Shown piece after piece: positions 22,395 to 33,216 of a DNA stretch of 33,216 nucleotides. Source of the DNA: Phoronis australis (Eukaryota; Animalia; Phoronida). Under the pieces are notes generated by a model. The model ran no database searches, was not told the origin of the DNA, and saw only the letters and a list, made by a program, of their open reading frames with translations. The first letter of the stretch is position 1; each line of letters starts with the position of its first letter. The stretch lies in the NCBI GenBank assembly GCA_002633005.1, contig NMRA01001261.1, forward strand, positions 1 through 33,216, given 5' to 3'. A program made the position numbers and the translations under genes.

Positions 22395-22854
22395 ATTATA
22401 CAGGGATCAACAATATTGTAGCATTTCTATAATAATATTAATCTTTTATCACACATACCTCAAAATTGGTCATACAACAAGATATGAAATACTGCTTTAC
22501 GGAAATCAACATTACAAACCCATTTCCTACGAATTACTTTTGGAATATATTAGACTAAATCATCACTGAATCGTGGACAATGTATTTCGGACTGGTTGAT
22601 AGTATAAAAGTCTCTCAAAGAAATCAACAAGATGAAAGCAATTTCTACAATAATCATAGACATATATTTTCTTTTAAAATACTAATAGGTCAAAACAAGT
22701 AAGTACTAAGTGTTAGTATGGTCACTTAAATCTACCTAAACACCACAAAAATGCACTGGTTCTGTTTAAAGATCCGGTTGAAAAAACACATAGAATGAAA
22801 CTTGAGGAAAAAGGTTCAAAACAAACCGTCAAAATAATATCACATCAGACAACT
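22395..22854 (-). repeat. Block H, inverted copy of 7762-8232
   Basis: For example catacctcaaaattggtcataca and tctacctaaacaccacaaaaatg are reverse complements of the left copy. Confidence 0.9.
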
Positions 22855-23130
22855 GCCAACCATAACTCTGCAAATCTGAATAAACTATGACAGTGATTTA
22901 ACAACCTTCACTACTGGACTTAATAATTTCATTGTAGCAGATGAGGCCGGCGAAGCCCTCGGACAGGTTTGCAAGAATGGACGATCTCGCCTTCTGTCAC
23001 GGTCCTCGCTGGGTGTGGACGTAGAGCGAACGGCGTGGAACTGGCTGGCAGGCGATGTTGTTCTTCTTCTTTGATGAGACGTTGGCTGGATGGCAACAGC
23101 ATTGTTGACTTCTTTGACGCGCATGAGGCT

Positions 23131-23277
23131 GGCTTAGTGGCAACAGCTTTTTTGCTTGTCCTGGATGTCTTTATACTGCCTCGTCGGGACAGTTTGACTC
23201 ACATAAAGCCGGCTTAATGGCAACAGCAATCATGTTTGTCCTTGGTTGTCTTTACACTGCCCCGTCGGGACAGTTAC
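23131..23277. repeat. Two-copy ~80-bp tandem duplication, probably in the LINE 3' region
   Basis: ggctta.tggcaacagc...ttgtcct...tgtcttta.actgcc.cgtcgggacagtt occurs at 23131 and 23211. Confidence 0.8.
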
Positions 23278-23337
23278 CAGTTGAGCAGGGCCAGAACCCA
23301 TGGTGCTCCTGGAACAGGCTTGTCACGGAAATGTGGC

Positions 23338-23950
23338 TTAGCGGTGGCAGTATGCATTCCGACGAGCTCGTTTACGGTAGGCTACGCCTGTAGTAGGGCC
23401 TATGTTGGTTGGGAAAATCTGGGCAGTTCTCAGCGCCCAGTTGTGCATTCTCTGTAGTTTTTGAATTGTGGAAGAAGCACAGGTTGAAATATCGATCGAA
23501 TCATATTCGAACAGGGGCCTGGTGAACATTTTGTAGATCAGCAGTAGGCAGTCGCTCCAAGCGCCCCACCCTGTGCCCTTGAATCAATACTGGCCTAAGC
23601 TTGACTCTGGTTGTGGAGGCTGACGGTCACCGTGACACACGCGTGCGACGTGAGATCGTAACGTGAGTCTTTCATCTAGGGTTACCCCTAGCAGACGGTG
23701 GCCTCTGCTTTTGGTGTGAGCCTGACACCCGTAATGAAAGACTGAACGGTCGTAGTTTGCGTTTGCGGTGGAACAGGATGACCTGTGATTTTGCAGCATT
23801 GAGTTTGATGCGCCACTGAGATAGAGCACCAGTCCTCCAGTTTTGATAATGCCCGCTGGAGGCGTGCTTGGACAACTGTCTCTTGTTTGTCACTTGTCGG
23901 CGAACAGGGATATCTGGACTTTGTCCCTTGGGTGAACTGATAGGTCCGTC
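23338..23950 (-). mobile_element. Decayed I-group (Nimb/Ingi/Jockey-like) LINE reverse-transcriptase fragment
   Basis: Frameshifted motifs ISLFAD(K) (the YADD-type motif), LQRALSKLEDWC, WRIKLNAAKSQVILF, LLGVTLDERLT, KGTGWGA..LLLIYKMFTRPLFEY, KLQRMHNWALR. Confidence 0.85.
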
Positions 23951-23951
23951 G

Positions 23952-24465
23952 NGGGGGGGGCTCAGATCCAATTTCAAGTGTCAAATTCGGAACACGGCTC
24001 AATCGTAACGGAACTATGGCTAAGTATAGGCAAGGAGCCTAGTACACTCCTTGGTATTGGCTCTCCCGCGATATCCCAGGCGACCGGCAGTGGCGCTGTG
24101 CACTACGACTCCGTTTCCGTCGTCTGCTTCACTGTGGAATGAAGAAAATTACTTCATTTTTTAAAGAAAATAGAATCTGAGTGACGATGAAAAAACAGAA
24201 GCTGATGGTAAGATGTGAATTTTAGTCGATGCCTTAGTGAATCACTCAGGAACTCATATTTCTCTCTTTGTCAAACCTTAAGACGATTTCCAAACCAATC
24301 GCGTCATTAATGCCAACACAAAATAACGGATTTGGTCTTTTGGGCAATTGACTATACGAACTGATTGCACAAAATATAAAAAGTGTAATAAACATTACAA
24401 AAAGAAGTAGGTTTCGCACGCAAACGCTGTGAACCATAAACAAGTAGGTCTCTCAGTATCAAATT
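23952..24465 (-). repeat. Block A, inverted copy of 3712-3823 plus 6498-7595
   Basis: Long reverse-complement matches such as ccgtttccgtcgtctgcttcactgtg and gaagaaaattacttcattttttaaagaaa. Confidence 0.9.
24031..24053. mobile_element. 23-bp P-element-like footprint
   Basis: CAAGGAG-cctagtaca-CTCCTTG flanked by gtatagg / gtattgg. Absent from the paralogous empty sites at about 6785-6797 and 7513-7526. Confidence 0.75.
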
Positions 24466-25241
24466 ATGAGTGAAATTCAGTCGTGGTGGTGCAGTGGCAA
24501 GGTTTCCCCTAAAGCATCCCTGGCGGTGCTGAGACGCGATCCATGAGCGCTTTGCGTTGGTCTTCTGGCAACAGTTACATGTAGTGGTTTAAAACAAAAT
24601 TTGATTTGGGGGCTGAATGCGGCTTTCTATTTAGAGCACTTTTAGGAAACTTCTTTGATGAACTACGCTCTAGAAAAAAGTGTAGGTTGTTACTGTATGT
24701 TTGTAATAAAGTATTTTTTTAGGAAATTGTCTGCCGCATTGAGTGACTAGGACACAAAAGTTAACCACGTGTTTTTGCCTTTGGGTTTCTTTTATGCAAA
24801 CGGTGTTTCTGACACACATCCAAACTTTGACGCTGGCTGTCAACTGTTAATGTTCACCACTTCCTGCAAGGGGGGAGGGGTCGATATCCTGAGGGGAACC
24901 TGTGCTAGACACCGTACAGGTTTCCGGATAGCCGACGGAGTTTATCCGCTTCTGGTTCATCCATTACATGTATTTAGAAATTGTTTTCAGTCGCATAAAG
25001 TAACCTATGCATTAACATTATACTTTTAACATTAAAATATAAAAACATACACTGAAACCGATTTTCTCTCACTAAGTACCGCGCTCTCAGCTCCACCAAC
25101 TTGGTTTCGCGTAGTCCATTTCCCATAAATTAATACAAAGTTTCTATATGATTATGTTTTCAAAACTGACCCGCGCAAGCGAAATAAGTCCTCGTAATAC
25201 CGGCAACTGAAGGCTTATGATCAAAGCCGTTACTCCTCCTG

Positions 25242-25575
25242 GGCCCGAATCTAATCTTAGTACTCGAAACGAACGCGAAATTGTTTTTGGCCACTTTTGC
25301 ACGAGCCCAAGATAAGTGTTTATCAGACTGTGATCGAATACATTATAGTTAACGCATATGAGTTTCTAGTCCAAGTTTGCACTTGATGACCCTTACATTC
25401 GTGCTACAGACGCGAACTTTTAGCTTTAATGTTGCAAATTGGGACTAAAAATTGTCCACGTAAGTCATTATGCACTCAAGCATAGAATAATTATAGACAC
25501 TTATCTTGAATTCGCACAAAAGTAGAGTAGAAAATGCCAAACACTATTTCGAGTAAATAGATTAGAACCTGGGCC
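25242..25575. mobile_element. PIF/Harbinger-like MITE family B, copy 2
   Basis: GGCCC...GGGCC termini with flanks ctg / ctt. Collinear with 4718-5109. Confidence 0.8.
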
Positions 25576-26320
25576 CTTGACAGCACTCTCTTCTACTAGT
25601 TCTGAGGCCGGGGTCTCAGTGTCTGATCCTCGAAATCAAAAGTCGCGATTTTTGAGACATTCTAGACTTCTGTGCAAACACCAGGTAAGTGGCCATAATC
25701 CTGCGCTTGAGTTCATTACGGTTTTTGAGAGTCCAAATTCCAAAATCTGGTAAAAGCTTGAAATTTCGGCTTCACAGTCGAACCTAGACCTTCAATGCTG
25801 GATTAGACAACGGAGTCGCGTAGTAAACTACATTGTACTCAAGTACAGAACAATAGGCATTCAACTTGAGTTTGTTCTACGGAAAATATAAAACATAATT
25901 TTGATTTCGAGCACAAAGATGAAATCTCGAGCCCGGTACTCTCCCATTACACTCATCCCATGTCAGATACTGAAACTCGTGGAGTGCCTAACTAAACCCA
26001 GCAATCCCAGTCGAGGCATATCATATACACTTAAGTTTCTCCAGATTAAAACGGGCTATCGCCGCCCGACCAGTATTAAACAAGTCTCCCGTTGATGACT
26101 GTGATAACCGACGTCCGTGACACTGAGAAATTTTTTGCCCTGATGTAGGTGTATTAGGCAGGGGGCAATAACCCCCTGCCCCCCGCGGACAAAAACTGCG
26201 CGCTAACTCGGGAGAAACGAAGACAAATCTAGAAGCGCTACATATATCCAATGGGAAAACGCGGGGAAGACATTACAGAACATCATGGTGAACAGCGTGG
26301 ACAGGGAAGTCATTTTGTAT

Positions 26321-26447
26321 CAGTGGCGGATTTAAATGGGGGGCATGCCCCAAACTCTCCCAGATTCCACATGGCAGTTCGGGGATACGGACGCGCCGAA
26401 TACTCTGCCCAGCTCCCCCCTTACTAAAAATCCTGGACCTGTCCCTG
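26321..26447 (-). mobile_element. MITE family D copy with a perfect 5-bp TSD
   Basis: CAGTGGCGGATTTA...TCCTGGACCTGTCCCTG flanked by TGTAT (26316-26320, 26448-26452). Confidence 0.85.
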
Positions 26448-27378
26448 TGTATGGAGATAGATTGAAGGGGCTTGATTTAGACCAAATACCATTCCACGTT
26501 GGAATATGAGAGATACCTAATTTGAGAGTACTACGTCCAATTCGATTTTCGTTTTTAGCCGGATGATAAACACGGCAAACTGAGGCTTTACAGTAAGTGA
26601 CAATTCTGTCCGTGCAGTTAAGCGGACAGAAGCAACAATTCTAGTAGTGTTTGCACGATGCTACATTTTCGCATCACTTGATGCAATTTGAGTTGCATCA
26701 CAAAGTAATTCAAAAACGTACTTCGCCATGATTAGGTGGCCAAGAACAAAAATCGGTCTCTTACTTTCATAAAATCAGCCTCATACTAATACTCCTTAGT
26801 GACAGGATTCTATTTCCGTTAGCGAGAGGACACCGAAACTATCAGAAAATGCTTCCCAACAACTCTAAAACTGCCTATTCGAAAATGGCATATGTACGCA
26901 TTGCTTGTAACTCTATTTGGTAAGCGAAGCAGAACCCTCTTAAAGACAGGAATATTAGGAGATCAGTTGTATTCGTTTTTAGACAGTTAAAGAGTGATAT
27001 GCAACTTTAAGCTAAGGAAGATGTATGTTGAGTTGGACGCACGTTTAATTGTTGATCGTACCCGAATCAGTGAAAAAATCGCTGATAACAGTATGGTAGT
27101 TAAATAGGGTAAAATCTCACAAATTTAGGACACGATATGGCCGACAAGTGAAATTTTATGTTTTCATTCTTCAATAAAAGATAAACAGCACCAAATAAAT
27201 GTTATACCATTTTAAAGGTCTATGCTATACCTCTCTAGTACATTCAGACAATGTTTCTGAGAAATCGTGGACATTCAAATGAATATGAGAACCTTTAGAA
27301 AAATGAAAAAATACCAATTTTGGCAATTGTTTTTGTGCGACATTGATCAGATTTTACCGTAACAGTCGCTGAAGACCC

Positions 27379-27402
27379 TAACATAACATAACATAACATA
27401 AC
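27379..27402. repeat. (TAACA)n microsatellite
   Basis: taacataacataacataacataac. Confidence 0.9.
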
Positions 27403-28791
27403 GACCATTTTGCCCTCATGGAAAAACGAAGACAAAGTTACCACTGAAGGCCCTATAGGTTGCAGCGTTCATCTGAAAGTTGGAAAATGTCACTAGGAAC
27501 TTGGCAGAACACAGCTGCTTACTTTCAAAAAACTGTCCAACAAAATGAAATTCGGACAGAATTGGGCTGGTGTCATCCATTCTTGGCTAGATCCTTTTTG
27601 CCAAATTTCATTAAGATCAGTCAAAGAGCTTGAAAGCAGACACAAAAACCCAATAGGGGTCTTGGCAAGCAGCACTCCAAGCCAACTGACGAACAATAAT
27701 GGCAAGCATGTTGCCTTGGCAAAAACACATCTGCAATTCTGCAAATTGCTTTAAAAATTGTGGTGAAAGCATACGATCACCAAGAACACATTGTCTGTGC
27801 ATGCCTCATGGCGGCCCAACCAGTTGCCAAAACAACACCCATGCACTCCTAGCTGTTTAATACCTGTTGTGAGCTTGTGTTTGGATTTGCCAAAAATGTT
27901 GCTCTTTTTTAAAGATTGAAATTTTTATTTGTCTGACTTCTTCCGACTTGGCTACAACTCGCAAAATCTCACTTCACGAGGACTTGGAACTCTGAGGTTG
28001 CATTTGCTAGCTGCAGGTCATTTAATCTATTATCTTCTCACAGTTCTCTGAACATTTGTGTGATGACGACTCCTAACTTTAAAACTATATCTAGAATGTG
28101 ATTTCAGAACATGAGCTACAGTAAGTCAGACAACAAGTACTTTTTCTGTTTGACTTACATTGAGATGTTACTACATACCAGAGTTTTCTGCAGACAAGCC
28201 AGGGGCATATGTTTCTTAAATACCAGTTTGAGCATAAAAATCCAAATATATGCATGGGTATGTATTTGAAAGTGATGAATGTGTATTTGTATGTATGATA
28301 CTGTAGCTGGCGTCCCAATTGAATCCAAGAGTCGATACATCTCATTGCAGATGTATTATTATTTTACTGATGATTCTGGTGTTCTTTTCAAATTAAAACT
28401 AGAAGCATTAGCTTTAGAATTCAACCGTGAATTCCCCCGATGTATGATTGAGCGTATTTGCCGAAAACTTTCCTTTTTGTGCCCCTGGACATACCTAAAG
28501 ACAAGCGTGTCTGTACAAAAATCCAGTAGTCATCTTTGCAAACTTTGGTGAACACAAGTCCAAAATTGAAGACATTTAGCTTGAGTTCATACACCAGTAA
28601 AACGAGAGAAAAAATTCTAAATAAGATTGAAGATTCAGTTGAAAAATATGACTTTTGGTACAAGTTTTTTGTCCAATATTAATCACAGTGAATACACATC
28701 ATTAGTTTCGTTACTTAAAAGTTAGATGACCTGGCAAAAATAATTTTAACAAGCTCCCATATTTTCACAGCCATTCACGTCTGGTGCTTCA

Positions 28792-29398
28792 TTAAAATAC
28801 TGCATCACAATGGGACGTCCTGCCCACTGACCGTTGCATGCTCGAATACATCGGATGCCACCAGGGCAACACAACCAGTGAAGTAATGGGGTCAATGACG
28901 ATCTCGTGGTTGTCACCGGCAATGCTAAACACCATCTTCAGCTTGTAATAGCGATAGGAGACTGGGCTGACAGACATAACGATCTGACTCAACTTCATAC
29001 CCATAGCTGACGGAAGGTGGATATAGTTCACGCACGATGCCTGTATCACATAACAACCCGAGTCTTCGTTTGCATACAAGTCACATGTCGTGTCGTTCTT
29101 ACGCTTGTAAACCAGGCACGACGACCTGCTACCATCCTTTTTCAACTTGAAGTAATACTGCCACTTGTTAGTGTTCCTCATACAATGCCATGTCACTGTA
29201 CACCTGAAGTCTTTGTTGGTTAACCTGTCCACTTCGAATTGAAAGGGAGCGTAGTCCTTTAACCGGCACCTAAGAGGCTCGTACAAGTAGTGCAATGCCT
29301 TCACCACTCTGGCTTGTAAGCCGTACCTTGTGTCTAGACATCCAAGTTTGAGATCAGATGGTAAATTTGTTCTGTTGGCTTTCGATGGTGTATAGAAT
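28792..29398 (-). CDS. TMEM183A: TMEM183 orthologue, last coding exon
   Basis: Acceptor ttgattgcag|A (phase 2), then (R)FYTPS..LPSDLKLGCLDTRYGLQARVVKALHYLYEPL...WQYYFKLKK...DLYANEDSGCYVIQASCVNYIHLPSAMGM...IVIDPITSLVVLPWWHPMY. This matches my recollection of TMEM183 motifs (LRACVIRSLYHMYEPF, WEFNFKFKK, VILDPVHSVRLFDWWHPQY). Stop TAA at 28792-28794. Confidence 0.92.
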
Positions 29399-29880
29399 CT
29401 GCAATCAAGTAAATTCTGCGACTTATGTAGAAGCGACTTGCATCAGCATTCAGTCAACAATATAGCAGTGGGAAATTGATTGTATAGTTTAACAAGAGCC
29501 ACTCGGGGCAGATCAAGCGACAAAGGTTATGACAAGATCTCACCAATACAACATGGCTGATGAGTGAAATCTTATTTTCTGATATTTCCAAATAAGATAC
29601 GAAGGACCAAATTAATGATTTTCAGCGTTCAAGTTCTGTTACCATAGCTACTACCAGATAATATTTTGAAAAATTCTGGGTATTCGCCACAATGTTAGAA
29701 GCTGAGGGTATGACAATTAACTGAATCGCGATGCAGGAGTGACCGATTTCATTCAATATTATCATGCCAAGGCCATTTCGATTAGATTCGTAGTGTCAAT
29801 TTTCGGCATTAGAAGACTTACAGAATTACCACACATTTGTATCTTTTTACGAGTATTATTGAGATATTGAACAAATAAAC

Positions 29881-30044
29881 CAGGGGCGTATCCAGGATTT
29901 AGAGTTTTTTTTTGGGGGGGGAAGGGGAGAGTATTAGCCAGGATTTTGCCGGTCAGACATTCGCATCCCCGAACTGCCAAATGGAATCTGGGAGAATTTT
30001 AGGGGGGGCCATGGCCCCCTTGCTCCCCTCTAAATCCGTCACTG
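29881..30044 (+). mobile_element. MITE family D copy inside the TMEM183 intron
   Basis: CAGGGGCGTATCCAGGA...TAAATCCGTCACTG termini and shared internal core. Confidence 0.8.
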
Positions 30045-31082
30045 TACAGGACTCATTCATTAGTTGTAATCTTATCACATTTAACAATTTTATTCCTAAA
30101 ATTGTTATTAGTGGTTGGTAAGTTAGCTACTTATATTTGAGAAAAAAACGAATTACTTTCACAAACAAGAATCAAATAAATGATAATCAAATTCCTCCTA
30201 AAAAGTATCTAATCGAGTTGCTAAAAATGTGTATTGTCCACCCCTATGAGAAAACCTAGAAAACTGCAGTCACATTGCTTTTGGATCACGCAAGTATGAG
30301 ACAGTCAGCCTAAGTTAATGAACCTTTTCTCAACAAGCTGCTTGTTCATCCCAAGCCGACACTACACAAAATGGCTGCGTTGCAAAGTTACGGACATCTG
30401 TGATTATGAGCGGAACATGCTATTATCACCAAATTGAGTAGGCTACTTCGTAACGCAACCACGCTGTGGAATGAATATCCCGACTGACTGATCGGCCTGT
30501 CGGGAAACAGTCGTGTCCTTATCAGTTTGACAGTGGCAAACCAGTGTTTACATGGTCCAGCTCTCTTGGTGTCTGCTTTCATCTGATGCTCATGTAATCC
30601 AGCAATTATGTTGTAAACAGCACGCCTGACACTAACCGATATTAAAAAAATACTAAAGGCAAACAACTTTCAACAACTGCCGTGAAGCAGATGTGTTTTG
30701 TAAGAAATACATCAACAAAAAACTTTGAATGGAGAAAAACGGGTGACTGTCAGAGAAATTAGATTAATGAATTTTCTGAGACAAAGTGTGAGCTCTGACC
30801 ACAGTATTGTGTACAAACACAAAAGGCTTGCTTGACAAGTTTAATCAAGCGTCATTCTAGATTAGATTGTGATAGTGGAAATTTCTTGAGTTTACACCCT
30901 ACGCAATGTCATCAAAAGAGCAAAAAAATTAACACAAATGCCATGATTCATTAGACAACAGAAATCACATCTAACCCGAGTGAAAAACACATTAAAACCA
31001 TTTCCAATAAATCACACAGGTAAATTGTCTAAATCCAAAATTATTTTTGATGGATGGCAGAGGCATACTAGCTTCAAGTTAC

Positions 31083-31263
31083 CTTTTATAGATGTTCCTC
31101 CAGAATGAGGCAGTGTGCACCACCTGGTGAGAGCCGCAGCACAGACATGCGAATGTGGCCACAGACTCTGGGTGGATGTAATTGGATAGTATGAACCAAA
31201 CATCCTGTGGATAGACTAGGCCAGTGCTCGGTTCTGTGGTACGCCATTTAGAACAAGCAAGAG
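31083..31263 (-). CDS. TMEM183A: TMEM183 orthologue, penultimate coding exon (F-box-like region)
   Basis: Acceptor ttttctatttttcag|CT and donor AG|GTAACT. Encodes GLVYPQDVWFILSNYIHPESVATFACLCCGSHQVVHTASFWRNIYKR, similar to TMEM183 [44 protein letters not shown]. Splices in frame to 29398. Confidence 0.9.
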
Positions 31264-32739
31264 CTGAAAAATAGAAAACCATGCATTGGTTTGAAGACAG
31301 TATGAATGTTCCTAGACCAGTGCCTGGCTGCATGAAACAGTCCCAAATCTACTGGGTATTTTTGGAGTTGTGAAAACATCGATTGCCCTTTCTTTCATTG
31401 TTTTAGTTTAATTACTAAATCAACTTTTGACTTTGATACAAATTGAGAGTGACCTCTTCCTTGAATTGTCAATATTATCGAAAATAAGTAGGGGTCTTTT
31501 CATGCAACACCCTCAACTTAACGACTGAGTCCCTATTTATTTTCAATGAACTCTAGGCTCAGTTTTTAGTTATATTTTATTAGAAAATGTCATTAATCAA
31601 AAAGCAGCTCATAATAAAGATGAAATAATAGAAAAATATTGCATCTGTGAGTCCATAAAGACACAAATACGCCAAAAAGATTAGAGGCCTTATTCTGCTG
31701 AGTCCCTATTTGGGACTTTCATGCAACCAGTTAAAGGGATCTGTTTCATGAAAAGTGTCTGAATTCTTAAGAAAGAAATTTGCTCTTATGAAATAGCTGA
31801 AAAGGATTAAGCCAACTCACTGTCAGCGTATTAGACTCTAGTTTGGAAATAATTTAAAGGAAGTTTCTCAGTAACTAGGAGTTATACGTAGATTCTCAAG
31901 TGAGATTTAATTGTTTTTCAGAAATATAGTCGTGCGGAGCGTAGGACCAAATTTCAATCTTAAGTTGCTTTTCGTGAAATAGATCCCTGTAGATGCATAT
32001 AGTGCATTTGCCTATTGAATATTTAGTCCAAACACAAAAAGTCCCGAACAGTATAGCTTTGTTTTTTTTTGTTTTTGTCCAGCTGGTTGCTTGTACAGTC
32101 TGCTCTTCATGGTTTTGAACTGTGTTCAAGTAAAACAGACTCACCCATGGAAATCAGTGTTTCTGCACAATTTTGCAGAATTGTGTCAGTTTTTTATTGT
32201 GTATAACATGGATTTTATCTAAGAGAAGTTAGCACTTGAAAATTTTACACAGTCGTTCTAAGGATCATTGGTGTTGAACAATTGTTTCTGCAATTGTATA
32301 TACTCCATTTCAGAGTCGTTCTACAACAGTTTGAGTTAGACATCATAAGCTTTGAAAATGCAATAACTGAATAGAACATGGAGGACATTATAAATAGCCA
32401 CCAGGAGGCACTGCACCAATGGAATTTGCCCAAAAGTTAACATGGGTCTTTCATTTTTTAGAAAAGCGAACCTTATTAATAAATTTCATGCAGATCAGTT
32501 GCTCAGTAGAGTCAACATAAAGAGACTAGTTTTAGCCACTGGTAATGAAATGGATATCGAGCAGCACTTTGCAAAAATTTCGAAAACTTCAAAATTCCAG
32601 TCCCGAGCCTGGAGTCTGATGCCATAGTACTCAAAACTGAACCCAGAATTATTTTCGACTTTTCCTATTCCTCTTTTGTACAAACTCATGATAAGTGCCT
32701 CTTATTCTGTGTGTGACTACATTGTCATTTACTTAGATG

Positions 32740-32850
32740 TCTAATCCAATTTTGCACCTGATGACCCCAGTGTTAAAGCTATGAGTTTACACGTGAACTC
32801 GAAATTTTTGAGTTTGCAGCTCATATCTAGGGGTTATCAAGTGCGAACTG
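32740..32850. repeat. Imperfect hairpin related to the centre of MITE family B
   Basis: ttgcacctgatgacccc / ggggttatcaagtgcgaa arms around aactcgaaatttttgagtt. Resembles 4850-4920. Confidence 0.5.
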
Positions 32851-33216
32851 AAAACGTGACACTCATCCGATTCAACCATAATATAAGAGAGCGCACAAAA
32901 ATAAACAAATCTAAGTCATAATGATTTTGAGTTCCATTCTGAGTACACAGATAATACAACAGGCCTTGATTATATTGAAAACTACTTTATTTGGAATACT
33001 TTGGATCTTGGTATATCAATCCTCACAAGGAGCCACACTGCTCTCAACCAACGGCATTATTATAGACTACGCTCTGAAATTCAATTAATTGATTAATTGT
33101 TTTAAATCTCATAGATGTCTTTTCAAGGCTTGCCCATAGGGGCTACAGGGCTTGCTGAGACTTTTGATTGCACCGATTCACAATAGATGGGGGGGAATAA
33201 TTCTTGCAAAAAATTA

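Noticed and set aside
22990-23040. HDV-ribozyme-like tcctcgct loop
   Set aside because: The flanking P3 and P1 pairings do not form.
24480-24545. tRNA-like A-box start (gtcgtggtggtgcagtggcaa)
   Set aside because: No convincing B box or cloverleaf, so a tRNA or SINE cannot be supported.
27920-27930. TMEM183 poly(A) signal (AATAAA on the minus strand at 27924-27929)
   Set aside because: Plausible, about 860 nt past the stop, but indistinguishable from chance in AT-rich DNA without transcript data.
29555-29580. Hammerhead-like CTGATGAGTGAAA
   Set aside because: No stem II and no matching stem I/III arms.
32139-32170. Possible 18-nt TMEM183 microexon (32145-32162, minus) with donor GG|GTGAGT
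   Set aside because: Phase-compatible, but the acceptor lacks a pyrimidine tract and the peptide has no recognisable TMEM183 similarity. Upstream exons probably lie outside the window.
1-33216. CRISPR array, operons or other prokaryotic systems
   Set aside because: Spliceosomal introns, LINEs and MITEs show this is eukaryotic DNA, and no regularly spaced repeat-spacer array was seen.

Overview
This looks like AT-rich animal genomic DNA, probably from a marine invertebrate, and it is repeat-dense with one 676-N assembly gap. Most ORFs in the track are spurious or transposon debris. Two host protein-coding loci are supportable: (i) the last two coding exons of a TMEM183 orthologue on the minus strand (31083-31263 and 28792-29398), and (ii) a 215-aa ORF at 20431-21078 (+) encoding one FN3 domain, a transmembrane helix and a short Tyr-motif tail. 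The rest consists of decayed LINEs (two RTEX-like, one I-group), several MITE families (CTG-TSD Harbinger-like, 5-bp-TSD CA...TG elements, a TTAA Kolobok-like foldback), a Helentron-like element, tiny P-element-like footprints, and two inverted copies of one old ~2 kb repeat. The most unusual signal is a ~250-bp cassette at 15750-16000 (minus strand). It holds a complete replication-dependent histone 3'-end signal (perfect stem-loop, ACTCA, downstream purine-rich element), a second near-perfect stem-loop, an 18-codon non-histone micro-ORF and a cluster of palindromes, with no histone gene nearby. TE family names come from motif recognition only; no database search was run.
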